The notes below the pieces were generated by a model. The model did no database searches. It saw nothing but the letters and a program-made list of their open reading frames with translations, and had not been told where the DNA came from. Of a stretch of 64,000 bases of DNA, positions 1 through 14,016 are shown piece after piece. This DNA comes from Utricularia gibba. Its lineage: Eukaryota > Plantae > Magnoliophyta. Position numbers and translations under genes: made by a program. The stretch lies in the NCBI GenBank assembly GCA_002189035.1, contig NEEC01000021.1, positions 248,001 to 312,000 of the forward strand. Reading direction: 5' to 3'. The first letter of the stretch is position 1. Each line of letters opens with the position of its first letter.

Positions 1-188
1 AGGTATAGCACCACCACACGTCATAACGGAATACCTATTTCCATCAAGACATCTGTCTCTGTGTGTCTGATACAACGGCCGTGATACTTTCACTCAGTCA
101 AAAAAATGGCTTGGCCAATCATAATGGATTTGCAACCTGGTTGAGGCTCAATTCCATAAAAGAATAGATAGATACTGTACTCTACGCC

Positions 189-3100
189 TCATTTCTCAAT
201 GCCTTGTTGCAAGTATTGGATCAGATCGTAGCCAGCAGTGGTCCATTTGTTGTAGGCATCGGTGCAGGTGCGTATCATGAAGTTGGCAGCTTCGCGCTCG
301 CTCATTTCGGGGTGGAACCTCTTCCGAAGATTGCCGATGGGGTCGCCGCGGCTGAAGCATGGCAACCCGCTGTCCAGCATCAGCAGCACCGTGTTTATGA
401 TGCCATCCATGTACCGACGTGCTGCAAGATAGCCTTTCACACACAAGCTGCATGGAGGGAAGTTCATGTCAGCATGTCATATATGCAGCGAAAGAAAACC
501 TCATGGGTGGGGAAACATGCCTCACAAACTGGTACCATGTGTCGCTTTTCATCACCCCTGATGGGTCCAGCAACTGCGTCATCTCATGGCTTAGTTTGAA
601 ATGAGCACTCTCGAATCGCATGTTTCCACCAGGAGAGATTTCAAAAATGAATCCAAAATCGATATGTACAAGCCTACCTACCCTGCATTCAAAAATAGGC
701 CACGCTTAGATTAAGCCAATTTGGTTGGTAGCTTCACAATTCAGAGATGCCGATGAAAGCTGAAGAACAAGCAAGATACAAAAAAAAAAAGCACAACAGC
801 CCTGTTCTTTGGAAAATTTTGTGTTAACTGCGGGCAAGTCTTTGAACACCTAATCAGTTGTGTTAATTGTGTGGCTCCTGAATTATCTCAAAAAGTGAGC
901 AGCAAGTAGCTTACTTGTCAAACAAAAGGTTTCCGTTGTGCCTATCTTTTGGCTGGAGCAAAAGACTTGCAACTGCATAGCCAGCACTGCTGATGAGAAA
1001 ATTCTCCCTTGCAGCTTCAAAGCCAGGGGATCCAACAGGACCAAAGTCCTGTTGGAAAATTTCATAAAGACCACCATCATTAATTTCACCCATCTGGCTC
1101 CTACTCCGTGCGTTGGGCACAACCTACCAGAGAGAATGGGTGAAACGTCATATTCAAAACTACAATAATGCCCAGAGTTGTAAGGGTTCATATGCATCTC
1201 AAATGTGCCATGTTGGTTTTCAGGATACTGAGTGAAAACACAATTCACCATACAATTACACCACCAGACTCTAAAGCTTTAAAACACCACCATGCAGAAT
1301 AACTGACCACATGAGAGAATAGCTTTAATAAATCCGGTTGACTATGCTGATGCGTAAACAAAAAATGTGCATCTAAAACTAACAGTTGATTTAACCAATC
1401 ATGTGAATGAATGTACCTCGATTATTCCTCTCCCAGGGCCAGTGGGGAGCACTCCATAAGGAAACAAATAGAGATTAAGTCCCACCGCTTCAAAAATGTC
1501 CCTTAGAAGTGAAATGACCTGCAAGGCTAGAACATCTTGCCTGCAGTCATCTCCGACCTGTGTGTACCAACCCACAATTAAATGACATATCCGGTTATTT
1601 GAACAGAAAATCTATACTTAAAGGACATCATACATTAGACACAACTGCGACAAAGATTTCAAGATAATAAGTGGAGGCACAATTTTCTTGCTGATGCAGA
1701 TGGTCATGAAGGGTGGTAAAATTACAGCAATATCAATATAAGTGTACCGAGGACTTACAAAAGAAATTTGATTACAGGAGAACCATAACAGCAGCAACAG
1801 ATAAGATTGTATACAACGAGTTAACTAATTTAAGGTATAATTTAGCCAGAGAGGGTGATTGGAAATTGCATATCGCCACAGTATAGTGTATTCACTATTC
1901 TTCGAAACTCATTAAACCCTATTGACAGTCACTACTGCAGACTGGAGTTACTAAAGAGTTCTAGGCCAAAAACAGTCAACATACAGAAGCAAACGAAGTT
2001 GTGTCTTTCTGCTGAAGCCACTCTTCCAATAGAGATCATCCGTAAATAAGAGATCGCATACCTTGAATATGCAAGCCTGAGGCTTCACATCATTGGGATC
2101 CCCCTCACGATCCACGACATTAAAAGTGATCATTATGGGAACTTTTGCAGCAGATTGTAGGGGAATTCCGCTATCAACCTGAATGCCTTTTACGAGTTTA
2201 GTATGGGCAGTGGGCAAGTATAAGTCATCTCCTTCCACTTGAATTTTCTCCAGCTCCCTGTTGTAAAATAGTGAGGTAATTTGTAGGAGGGCGTGAATTT
2301 AAAATATCAACAATTGTCCAAAACATACGAAAGGCCACCAATAATACCTCCTAATGCCAGCCCTTCTTTCCTCCTTAGGAACCGGATAGAGGACACCAGA
2401 TATGGATGTGACCTTATCAAAGAAGTCAAACTCCCTATGAAATATATCGAGTGCTTTAGGACTGAACCCATCAATAATTTTTTGTCTAACAACAGGAAGC
2501 AAAGCTTCAAAAGCATTATCCTGCAGAACAGACAAAAAAGAGTCAAGATAACAAAAATAAACCAATATTTGCAAACGAATCAGCACAAAATTTTGAAATT
2601 AAATTGCATTCAAGATGACAAAAAAAGAAATGCATCAAGATGTTTATAATTGGAACTTCTACTGCTGGAAAGCTTCATGGTAGCAACAGATACAGCTGAG
2701 ACGACATGTTTTCTTAGTACAATGTGTCAACCTTATCTAAGATGATTAAATGTATACCGTAGTAGATGGTGCATCTTTCTCTGAATCAGCCTCACTGCCC
2801 TCCCCCTGCCCAAGAAAAAGCAGAATTTGAATCATTACAATGCTCTTTATGGAAAAGACTAGAGAATGGAACATCTTTCACCTGTAATTGCCATATTAAT
2901 ATATGAGCAAATACATCACTCCTTTGAGTAGCTCTAAGCAAGTATCCTTCAACCAACTTCTGAAAGTTCAATTTCCCACATGTAAATAATTTCACCATTC
3001 ATCAAACTATAAAGAAGCTGTAATGAGTACAGACAGCTAAAATGCGAGGGTAAGCAATAAAATACCAATAAGTGAATCATGTTGTACTACGTTTTCTGTA

Positions 3101-6100
3101 TTATTTTCATTGAGGAGCCCTCCAAAACCCATTAATGTTGATCAGATGCAGCATTACAAATTGTGATAGCATATAAATAAAAACTAATACCACATATGTA
3201 AGAAAAACAAAAAAAAAAGCATACCCCTTCATCATATCTCAGTGCTTGTATAAGTTGAGGCATAAAGAATGTCACCCTTTCTGGTGGATACGACTCCAGC
3301 ACTCTCAGGACATAAGCCATAACTCTTGGGTAGCCTTTATATGCAGGAGTGAGAAACTCTAGAGCCCGTGTAATTGAACAATATGTCCAATGTGGCAACT
3401 GTTGCAAAAGTGTCGAGTTCTCATCAACAGCTTTGGGTGTCACAAAATATGGAAGAGCTTCGGGGATACTTCGAATTTCCATTAAATGTGACTGCAAAAC
3501 AAAAATAATGTTAGCAAGTTATGAAGGTCGTCAACTTATGAAGTTGGCGACTTAAATCTTCACATACTTGAACTAGCTGGGTTATTTCTGTCTTCAGATA
3601 AGAGTTTGTCGGAAATCTTGAAGCCATTGATATAGCAATTCGTGGATCAATACAGAAAGCAGTCCTAGCGAATTCAGTCCATTTATCAGGGCTAAATTTT
3701 GCCCGGAAAGAGGTTTCCCTGCATAAATGTAAAGGTGTGATATGTCCATTAACTATCAAGTCACCGCAAAAAGATAGAACTAACAGAGATAGATCAGTAA
3801 AATGCTGGAAATGTTACTTCGTCGCAATTGGCTGAGCCCAGACTTCCAGCCTATCAGCTTCATGCTGGCATAGCATCAGCAATAATTGTCTCCACTTCTG
3901 TCGACCAACATCACTGTTTTCCATTTGACCCCAAACAGGGTGGTACTGCTTCTATTCAGGAGGAAATGTAAGCTTTCGAAATAAAGCCATGAAAATGGAA
4001 ACAATTGAAACGATAATAACAAGTTATTGTTACAAAAATGATTTCTTGAAATAGAATCTAGAAAGACGTTGTAAATCAAGGAGTAATAAAAAACTGATTC
4101 TTTTGTGAAAAAAAAAGCAACCAGAAAGAAGTGAAGTTAAACATCATGGAAAGTTGTAAATCAGGAAGGATTTTACCGTCTCATTCAGAAATCCATCATT
4201 CACTGTTTTTTGATCAGAGGGCAACTCCACCCGCACATTGATAAGATGATGAACAAATAATGAAACAGATTGAGCTTCAGTCTGTGCAAAATTGTTGCTA
4301 TTTAGATCGTACCAACCAGGTTCATGAGCAAACCATTCTAAAGACGCCCTGTTCTTCACCAGATAGGTGAAACAAATAAATGAACAAATAGAAAAAAGTA
4401 TGCATACGGAAAATATATGGAATGACTCAGCAAACTCGCAAAACATAGTCAACAAGGAATGCCAACTATCAATAGGGTTGTATTATGGTAGTGTACCTAT
4501 ATATCCTGTCCTCGAGCAACTGGAGGCCTGTTCTGAAGTTCTGCAGGTTCCCCTGACCTTGGCATGAGCAAAATTTGAGGCCAAAAAGCATAGTAGTGAA
4601 GAACGTCCCAGTAGCAGCTGGATGCCGAGAGAAACTCCAAGGGAGTTTCGTTGTGCCTTGCAACATCCGGCCAAGCAGTAGGAGCTGCTCAATACTATCA
4701 TGCCTGACTACCTGAGAGGGAAAGACCCACTAGATTAATGATAGTAACAAATCAAAACGTAACTGATAGACATGCAATCTTGGTGACAATCTGATGATAT
4801 AAACCTAAGCCTTGATGAATGCACTCACTTCAAAACGATCGAAAAAAAACCCAAGCCACAGCCTATGAGCAATTATCTGTTCAACAGGGTCCTTTTCAGG
4901 TGGTCGTTCTGGCTCTCCAGGAGAAAGGTGAGGCTTTAGCTTTGCAGAAGGTCCAAAGCACCTTGCTTCAGATGCAAAAAGCCCTCTCTTTGTGTCTATT
5001 GTCCATAACCATGCATCCACAAGCTCAGCAAGAACAAGTGATCCCAACTGAGGAGCTGCAGAAACTAACCATGTCCAGATATAAACACCAGTCTCCACTG
5101 CATCAGGAGTCGTTATGTAAGCTGGACACCAGCACAGAAGGCGTAGAAGTTGTGAAAAACTCTCTGTATTTGATTTTGCCCCAGAATCCTGAAATACATG
5201 CTACCTCATTTAAAAAAAACACAAACATATGATGATAACCCAGATTTTACAGAAATGAGTTGTTTTACCAGATTTGAAATAAGCAATGCAGTGGCCTGAG
5301 AACAAACTTCACGAAAAGATGATTTATCTATAACTTCACCTTTCTCTGCAGTATTTACAAACTTTTGAAGCAGCTTTACAAATTTGGAAAGTAATATCTC
5401 ATCGAAGGACTCATTATTGGGTTGTGAAACTTGTTCAAATGACCCAAACGCCGGCACATCAAGCTCAATACTTCCAGCAGATTGTGAAATGCCACCGATA
5501 CTATCATACAGTCTTCTCATGCCAGCAATTTCTCCAGCATGATTACACTTTGCAGTTGCACTAACCATACCAGTGCCAAGCACCTCCAAATTGAAAGCAT
5601 CAATCAATTTCAAGTTTCCTCCTGAAGCGGCAGCTGCAGCAGCCATCACTGCTGGAATATTTGCAGTCCTTGTACCAACCCAGCAATCATTTTTCCCTGT
5701 ACCAATTCTTATTTCTGACAACAATGAAACTACATCAGCCATCGGTTGTGTTCTCTGCCATGCATTAGCCTTACAAAGGTTGTCCTGTAAGATATCTTGA
5801 AGTTAGATAGTAGAATTTAAACTGCTGAATGACAAAAAACTAGAGTTGCAGTGACTGATATATGAGAGCAAACATAAACTTCCATTTGGTCAGGTTAACT
5901 ACTTTTCAAAATATCAAATCAATACAAATAAGACAACAACGTCTAAATGGCTGCAATTCCATTGTGAAGATAAAAACCTGAAGAAGACCCTGACTAGTGC
6001 AGGGAGCATGTGAAAGTGAAACAATGATCCACTCCCGAACTATCCTCTGGTACAATGAACGAACAGTGGCAACATAAGCAGGATCGCACACTACAGCTGA

Positions 6101-9100
6101 AGGTGGATCATCATGCATTGAAAGCAACAGTGAATCCAAACAAGATGAATTCCACAGAATCTGCAGGAACAAAACTAGTAAAAAAAGTGTCATCTGAGCA
6201 AGGATGAAAGAGAGCAACAAATAATCATCAAACCTGGTGAAATCTGTCTCTTAGTTTAGTTAAGAAACTAGCAGAAATATTCCGTACATGCTCATCCCTC
6301 TGAGACAAGTTTTTAATAAGAAAGCATGCATGAGTTGAGAGGGTAGACTCCCTAGTTTTAGCGGCTGGCCCAGTATCACAGGCTCGATCCTCCTGCCAGA
6401 ATTTCAATATATGTGGTATTTTTTAAAAGAAACGAAATATTCACTGAGGCTCAAAATTACCAGCCAAGTGATTGCAGTTTCAAATGCTTGATGGACAAGA
6501 GCGGTCAAACACTGGGAGACAGATGGGGTCAGATTAGGACTCCTCAAGTATTCGAAAACACAGCTGAAAGCACTTCTAGAGGCTGTGAAACTTGGCCCTC
6601 CGTTCAGGATCCCACCATTGCTACTAAACCGGATGATCTCTAAGAAAGCCACGGCTAAAAGATAGGTTGCTTTAACACCTAAGAAAATCAGAAAACAAAC
6701 ATTATCTTCAGAAATGAACCAGCAGTGCTACGATGGAGCTCAACGCTATGAAAGAAAACTATTTAACCTGAAATTGCATTAATTGCTGAAACCTCCACCC
6801 TCCGCCCTAAAGCAACAGAAAGAGCATTTCTTTGACTTGCAGCAGCTTTCTCATTTCCACTACCTCTCCGACTGCCAGGGTTGTGAAGGGCATTAAGCTC
6901 CAACTCATCCTCAAGCCATTTGACAGAGCTCACAACCTGAACAAAAAATCTTTTATTCTCTCTGGAAAAAATATCTTCACCAATCATGTTTCTATAAACT
7001 CAATCTACAAAACAGAATCCAAGGAAATAGAATCCTAGACAGCTCGCATTATTCTATGTACAACATCTATGATCATATGTACAAAAGACAATGGGCATCC
7101 CCAACATGGAAACTAAAAAGGCATACTATGCACCAAAAAAAAATGAATTCAGCTTACAAGTGGAGGAGTCCCTTGGGAGATGCGCTGGACAGCAGATGAC
7201 CACAAAGAATTCCACATATATGGACCAGTCACAGCTTGCAAAGCAACGGATCCAGCAGTCCCTTCGGTGCTAGGTGCAGATGAAACTGCCCTAGATGCCA
7301 CAGGTGTCTTCTGTATTGGAGGAGCTAAACCAAAAAGTGCTATATAGAACCACAAGTTCCTAAATAACTTCAAAAGAGAAGGTTCCACATCTGCATTGGG
7401 CTCAAAGTCTGAACATATTTCAGCTACAGCAGGAAGAAGGGGACCAAGGAAATCTGCTCCACTCCTAGAACAATTCCAAGGTGAAGTGTTATTCATCTCC
7501 CTGATGAAAATGACCTTTCAGTGAAATAACGTAACCCAGATTACCTTCCACTTTTGGACTCTGCAGCTAGACCTACATCTGAACATAGTGATAATAATCG
7601 ATGTCGGTAATCTGAACGCAGCTTAATGCATGTGATTCCTTTCGCTATTAATAAAAATCCTGCAGGCAAAGTCTACAATGTATTGAACTAATGAGAAATC
7701 ATTTGTCACAACAATATTCTCACAATACATTTCAAGAAATATGAGTACAAAAATTTAGAACGTACTTCAACACGTTCTGTAGTGACTTCAGGTACCTCAG
7801 TCTTGCCCTCACCCAAGCCAATGGAAGACAGTTTGCCCAAGTAGCTCCGAGTCATCAAAACAACAACTTCACGATATGACTTTTCAAAGCCTAAACTCGC
7901 AATAAGTGAAATGGCATCTAGAAGCTGTTGCAAGCCATACAAGATTGAGGAAATTAAAAAAAAAAAAGAATATGAGACAATGCAGAAGACGTAAAAATAT
8001 CTTCAGCAAAAAAGCAACACCTACTCGTAGTCTAAGCAAACCCGGATCTGATGCATCTCCTTCTTCTAAACTCTCAATAAAGAGTGGCAAAATCATGTCA
8101 ATGACCTCAGGCTTCTTCATCGACACATTTATCTCAGCCAGCAAGCGTATAATGTTCAGTTGTACTGGTGGAGCAGACTGTTTCTCTTTTTCACCCTTGA
8201 AAGCAGTTAAATGTCAGTCATATCACTAGACGATACATTAAGATCATTTTGATAGCAACATATATTATGGTGTCCATACAGCAGACACTAAGAAAATATG
8301 CTGTATTTGCAGGGAGGGGAATATTAATTTGACGTTATTTACAACTTTCTACACAAGAATCACCCACATCTAAATGCTGCAAATGGAACGGATCAATCTG
8401 CTTACACGAAATAAATCATGCAACCAACAAACAATGGTCATCTGCTTAATAACTGACTAGATCACATTCCTGATTTTCAGTATTCCCACTAATAGGAAAA
8501 CAACAATAAAGCAATCAGATCGTATATTGGATGAAAGAAGCTAAAGTAAATTAATGAGAAAGAATATCAAGATGAGACACAAATGTGACAAGTCTACAAG
8601 CAGCAAACCTCTTCGTCATAATAATATCGTTCTCGGATGCTAGTAGCCAGTCCCATAATAAAAGTATCAACAGGAGATCGCTCCCTGGGCCATCCAAATT
8701 CAATGATCTCGCAGCAAGTTTGCAAAACTCTTTCAAACATGAATCCAGGACTATCAGCGGCAATGTCACCCTTTCCACAAAAAGCATGTGAGAATCACCA
8801 CAATCCCGTGCGGAAACATCCATTACAGAAAGAAATGTACCTGCGCACAAGTAGCCATCACAAGTGGCTTAAAGCGAATAAGCAGAACCCGGATAAGCTG
8901 TCCACCACGTGTAACTGCTGCTTGGCATATTCCAGAAAGTAAACACCCGAAAAGCTCTTCACAAGCTCTCGATTTTCTCCAAACAGAGAATAAACATGCC
9001 TCTGCGGCCTCTATCAACAAAGCAAGAGCTCCATGCAACATCCTCTTTGAAGATTTTGCTTCCGCATCAAGAGTTGTCAGAGTTCTGATTTGCAGACTTG

Positions 9101-10225
9101 CAGCAGCTTGGAAAACTGAGAGCTTTTTCTCAATCCTGACTTTCAGCAGTGGCCCTTGCTCCGACCAGTCACGCTTTCTTATCTGTACATATACAAGTAC
9201 AAAAAAGAATACGTTCATAAACATTTTTTCCCCAATTTAACCATTTCCTGAAGCAAATATACAATTTTTCTTGCCTTTGAAAAAATAAGCAGTGAATGAA
9301 GTTGGTTTTTTGCTATGTCTCTCACTTGTTCCACGATTTGGGTATCCTTCGACACCATGCAGAAGACATGGCCTACTAACTTAAGAACTACTTCTTGATT
9401 TTCAAGACTCTCCACTGACTCCTGTTCAAACAATGCCACAGACTTCTTAACCGCTGCCGCGGAACCCGCACCAGCTGTGCCCCTTTCATTCGACACCACT
9501 ATATCACCATTTATACCCCCATTGCTCCTCAACGGAATGCTGCTTCCATCATCCTTCGAAGCTCCACTGTTTGAGGACCATGCTGAAGCACCGCTAACTG
9601 CAGCACTAGGAGACTGAGAATGTTTCGCACTCAAGGGTGAGCTCTGAAACGAAGCCACGTCGGGGGTGGACAGAACAGGTTCCCTTGGAGAGCTCGGAAC
9701 AACAGTGTCCAGATGATCCAGAAGAAGAGACATCAACTTATTGGCATCAGATGGAAGTAAAGGAGGGAATTTTAAGCATAAGGCGTTCAAAAATGGTCTA
9801 GAAAGACTAGAATTAGCATTGTTTAAAGCGTGGATGACAACATCCCCTGTGTACTCGGCTACATCCGAAGCAAAATCAGGGGATATTTCTGCAGCACTCG
9901 AAATGTAATTCAGGAAATCAGCAAAGAAGGAAGAGATTGTCTCTAAGGATAACGCTTGAGGCCAAAAACTGAGATTAAATGATGAGGGGATTGCGCGATA
10001 AAACGCTAAAACTAGCGACTTGGGGGTTTCTTGATCGGTACCCGGTACTTTCGAGAGCAACCGCGCCGCTGCTAACACCGCATGAAGCTGAGACCTCGAA
10101 ATCCTAGGCGATCCAGCCAACAGCAGATCTGGGGGCGGACAGCGGGCACAAATCCACGATATTTTTTCATGAAACTGCTTCGGATTCTGCGCGATCAGAT
10201 CAACGAGCTCCACCAGTGACTCCAT
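189..10225 (-). CDS. PI4KA1: Phosphatidylinositol 4-kinase alpha (type III alpha). 26 exons (minus strand): 10225-9275, 9182-8841, 8770-8609, 8195-8025, 7924-7766, 7672-7545, 7464-7158, 6936-6768, 6678-6461, 6392-6234, 6160-5978, 5784-5269, 5188-4829, 4711-4497, 4348-4177, 3951-3818, 3718-3568, 3491-3225, 2959-2882, 2805-2758, 2520-2348, 2257-2062, 1557-1417, 1123-915, 682-521, 447-189
   Basis: Exons join in frame to 6030 nt (2009 aa + stop). N-terminus [15 protein letters not shown]; kinase motifs [28 protein letters not shown]; C-terminus [13 protein letters not shown]. All typical of plant PI4K-alpha. 23 introns are GT-AG and two are probably GC-AG. Confidence 0.95.
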
Positions 10226-11147
10226 TACCCGCAACCAAGCTCCAATTCCAAATGTAACCCTTCAGTTTCCGACTACATCGTTATCCACCGGGATGAAATC
10301 GCAGACCGAGAAAGGAAAACGCATTGGTTTTAATGAGTGCGGGCGCAGACGCTACAGGAATTACGGCGAGAACTGAAGGACGCCGTAGAGGAGGTGTCGC
10401 ACTTCGCCATCGGAAAACTCAGGGTTCCTGTTGAAGAAACGCATTGCTAACCGTCCGCTTCCTAAGATCTATGCCTTGATGTTAGCTTCGTCGCTTTCTG
10501 ATGTTTTTTCGGAAAACCAAAACGGCATCGCTTCAGGCAAGCTATTCTCTAGTTTAGCCTAGTAAATTCTATTACAATATTTCCTTTAGGTAAAAAATAA
10601 TAATAATAACGCCAGCATTGGACTGAACTAAAAACCATTGGATCAAATAAAAATAATTTAATTTAGTAAATTAAAAAAATTGACATTGTAATAATATAAA
10701 TTTGTAACGTATGAAATAAATATAATATAAATTGATATCTAGATCACTCAAATTAGTTTATATGTATAGGATGGATATAAGTGAGTTTAATAAAAAATAA
10801 TAACATAATTTTTACTTGCACTTAAAATTTTACCCATGTTTTAAACCAAAATTCAGGGAAATCTATAGGAACTCATCATGTAAAATTACCTAAACCCTAT
10901 TTTAAGGATATTTGCTAAACACACGTGGAAAATGGGTTAACAAAATAAATATCGCAATTTTGACATTTTTGTCCTATGTATTTCCTATTTCTCCATTTAA
11001 AATTGAATTCTCTTGATGGATTTAATTCTGACCTCTTTAGTTTGTTAGACAACCAGAATTATCCTGAGTAACATTTAGATGAATTCTTGACAGGGTATTG
11101 AAGAATCTCAAAGGGAAAATATCCATCAAGCAAAAAAGGTGCAAAGG

Positions 11148-11732
11148 TGATGTGACCCTCTAATCTAAAGAGATTAACAAACCACGAACAAGAGGTGATT
11201 CTGAAGGTTAGAAAGTATCCCACCCAAGTCTACCCTCAAGAGAATGAATCTCTTGCAACCAGATTTCGAAACAAAGAAAATTAGGAGCCACACTTCAAGA
11301 AAGAGAAGGGATTGGAAGTGATAATCCTAGGACGCCACAAGCTCAAAGCTTGATAAGTCAAGAGTGTACAAGCACTCAAAGAAGAGTAGAATCCTCACAA
11401 CATACATAAAAATGACTAAAAGATCCTTAAAGAGTACAATTCTAGAGTATTTATACTCTAGGATTGGGCTCTAACATTACTTGGCCCAAACAACAAGCCC
11501 AATGCTCTATGATAAATCCACCTTCAAGTAGTTGAGCTCTTTTGATGGGATGTCTTCAAGCCCATGTTTGATTCCAATTGTATTGAGTAGAGCCTTAAGT
11601 GTATCTTCAAGTATCTTGCTCTTGCTCCTAGTCATTGGTCACGTTGGAATCATCTTTGTCTCTAATGTGTTTACTTGGACAAACTCCTCATCATTCTTTA
11701 AATACACTTCATTATCTTCCTGGGGCTCATCA
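11148..11732 (-). mobile_element. Solo LTR (585 bp), probably Ty3/gypsy CRM-like
   Basis: Termini TGATG...CATCA. Identical 5-bp flanks AAAGG at 11143-11147 and 11733-11737. TATAAATA on the minus strand at ~11448-11455. The CRM assignment is inferred from terminal motifs only. Confidence 0.85.
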
Positions 11733-11760
11733 AAAGGTGAAAATAGAAAATAATCATTGT

Positions 11761-12831
11761 TGATAAATGAGAATTTGCACATCATTGTAAAATTGTAAAT
11801 TTTCCTATCAAATAAAATTTATAAACATAATACACATTCAAATATAATACAATTACGATTATAGTGATTAGAGTCGAATATAAGAAACTGGTGCTTGTTA
11901 TATGAAAGTAAATATATTCAGTAAATGTCATGATTGAAAGATTTGGTCGAAGTAGGATTAATAATTTCATAATAATACGCAGAAAGACAGTAAATGAGTA
12001 AAAACATATATTTATCTAAGACTGTTCAAGGTGATACCTTGGGACTTCCAAAGACTACATAATTATAATTAAAATAGTTTTACCTAAACCACAAATCATG
12101 CATCTAACAAACAAATTTTAAGTTTATCCAAATCCTTGTTTTCCTCTAATTTTTTGTCTACCTCTAATTAGAATTATTTAAGATAAGTGTTACTATATCC
12201 CTCTCCTACATCTATCCTAATTTGTTAAGGAAGTAATGCTATTAATGGCTAATTCATATTAAGGAAAAATAAAACACTCTCATAATATCATGAACATCAT
12301 CTTCATTCTACAACTTAACATCAAGAAAAGAAACATAAATATAAGTAGTAATTGAAATTGTAAACAATTTGCATGAAAAGCCTAAAACTACTCCCAACTA
12401 GGAGTAATGTATTTCATAAGCAAAATTCAAAAGTAAGCTTCGTTCATGGGTCGTCCCTTCTTCTTCAGAGTTCTTCTTCAGTTTTTCCTTTGAATTCCCC
12501 CTCCTAGAAGTGAGTGGCATGTTGTTCAATAGGGAAATATTTTCTCACTCCTCATTAGGTCCAAAATCTATCTTTTTTGTCTGCATTTTCTACAACCTTC
12601 ATTGTTCTCTTTCGATTCCTTGGGATTTGGGTTGTTAAAATGTGTTGTATTCATCAAAAGAAGTGGTTAAAATAAAGATTGAAACTAAATCTTGGATTTA
12701 GTCCCAATTAGGAGTAAAAGACCCAAACACTACCATCGATCACCAAAACACAGAAATACACAATAAAATCTGAATTTTATAGCATAATAATCATTTTCAT
12801 ATCTTGAAGTACTCAAAAATATGTGTTATCA
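11761..12831 (-). mobile_element. Degenerate Athila-type LTR (family B-like), with 3' internal remnant extending to ~13900
   Basis: Minus strand runs TGATAACAC...TTTATCA. The 11761-11890 end resembles the LTR end at 47821-47960. It is preceded on the minus strand by a degenerate Athila-like GAGGACAAG...PPT region (12832-12870). Confidence 0.55.
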
Positions 12832-12907
12832 CATTGTAATACAACAATACTAAACTTGTCCTCAAATTCTAACAAAAACTAATAGGAGCTAAGCAGAATG
12901 CAACGAT

Positions 12908-12933
12908 AAACCCTAAACCTTAAACCCTAAACC
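12908..12933. repeat. Short interstitial Arabidopsis-type telomeric repeat (AAACCCT x ~3.7, one mismatch)
   Basis: aaaccct aaacctt aaaccct aaacc read directly from the sequence. Confidence 0.7.
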
Positions 12934-14016
12934 AAACAACGATATAGATGCTTAACATTTATGTCCAGAATGCAAGAATTAAAAGAGTGTTAGTGTGTAA
13001 GTCGGGTGATCACTCAAGTATATACGACAATTTCATCAAGATGAGTGCATTCAAAGACTAAATAAACTAACATGACATATTTCGTCTTTCAAAAGTATAC
13101 TAGTTGTCACCCTAAATCGAGGAAGGTTCCAGACTCAATTCAAGTAATCGTTAATCCCCCTCTTTGTATATGGAGTGTGGGCCAAGCACTTCTCTCTTTA
13201 TTTATTTAAGTGATTCTCTACTCCTCTAAGTTGTTTTTATAACCTCCTTTTTTTTCTGTACTCTGTTGTCTATCCATATTTTAATTGCGTGTTGGTTTTC
13301 AAGATACAGGATCTCATCACTTTTCTGTTGATAATACTTTTCTGACCCTCCTTTCCATACCCCTTTTTTTTAATTTTTCGACAACAAGCATACATGAAAG
13401 AGTAACATATGCCAGTTCATACAAAAAATCTTGAATGCACAAATTAGACTCCATCGCACATGTTGCCTATCTCATGAAAATAATCACTTATTAAGATTTT
13501 ACTCAATCTCATATTATTCAACTATACTTGAACATTATGATATATGAAAACCATATTATTGAACACTTGTTAGACCATGATTACAAACAACTTAGAAATA
13601 TAAGAATTCAATGATAGGTTTTGATAGCACCATGGTTTCCTTTATTTAGTATCATTACATGTTTAAAAATTTGGTCTAATGATTTACATTATAGATTGTG
13701 TTCTACACAAATCAAAACAACACTAAATTATTCTAATCAAAGGTCAAAATAATTCTCACAAAACCAAATTCACTAGAATCATATGGATACCAGTTGTTGA
13801 AATTCTCTCTTGAGGTGTAAATGGAAATTGTTCTCCCTATAATTTCAAACTTCTAAATTCATATCTTCTTATTTACTCTTCTTATTAAAACATTCTAACT
13901 TTGGGTCTTCTAATCATTTACCTTCTCTTAATTCTACATGATGGCATCTATTCATTTATCTTCTATTCCAAAAAAAAAAAAAAAATCTTCAATGCTTTCC
14001 AAACATAAACCGATAA

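Noticed and set aside
204-9240. Plus-strand ORFs over PI4KA (e.g. 204-599, 4819-5232, 8788-9240)
   Set aside because: These are antisense shadows of coding exons with no recognisable motifs.
12880-13000. Telomerase RNA gene
   Set aside because: No USE/TATA Pol III promoter or conserved flanking blocks; the repeat lies in TE debris.
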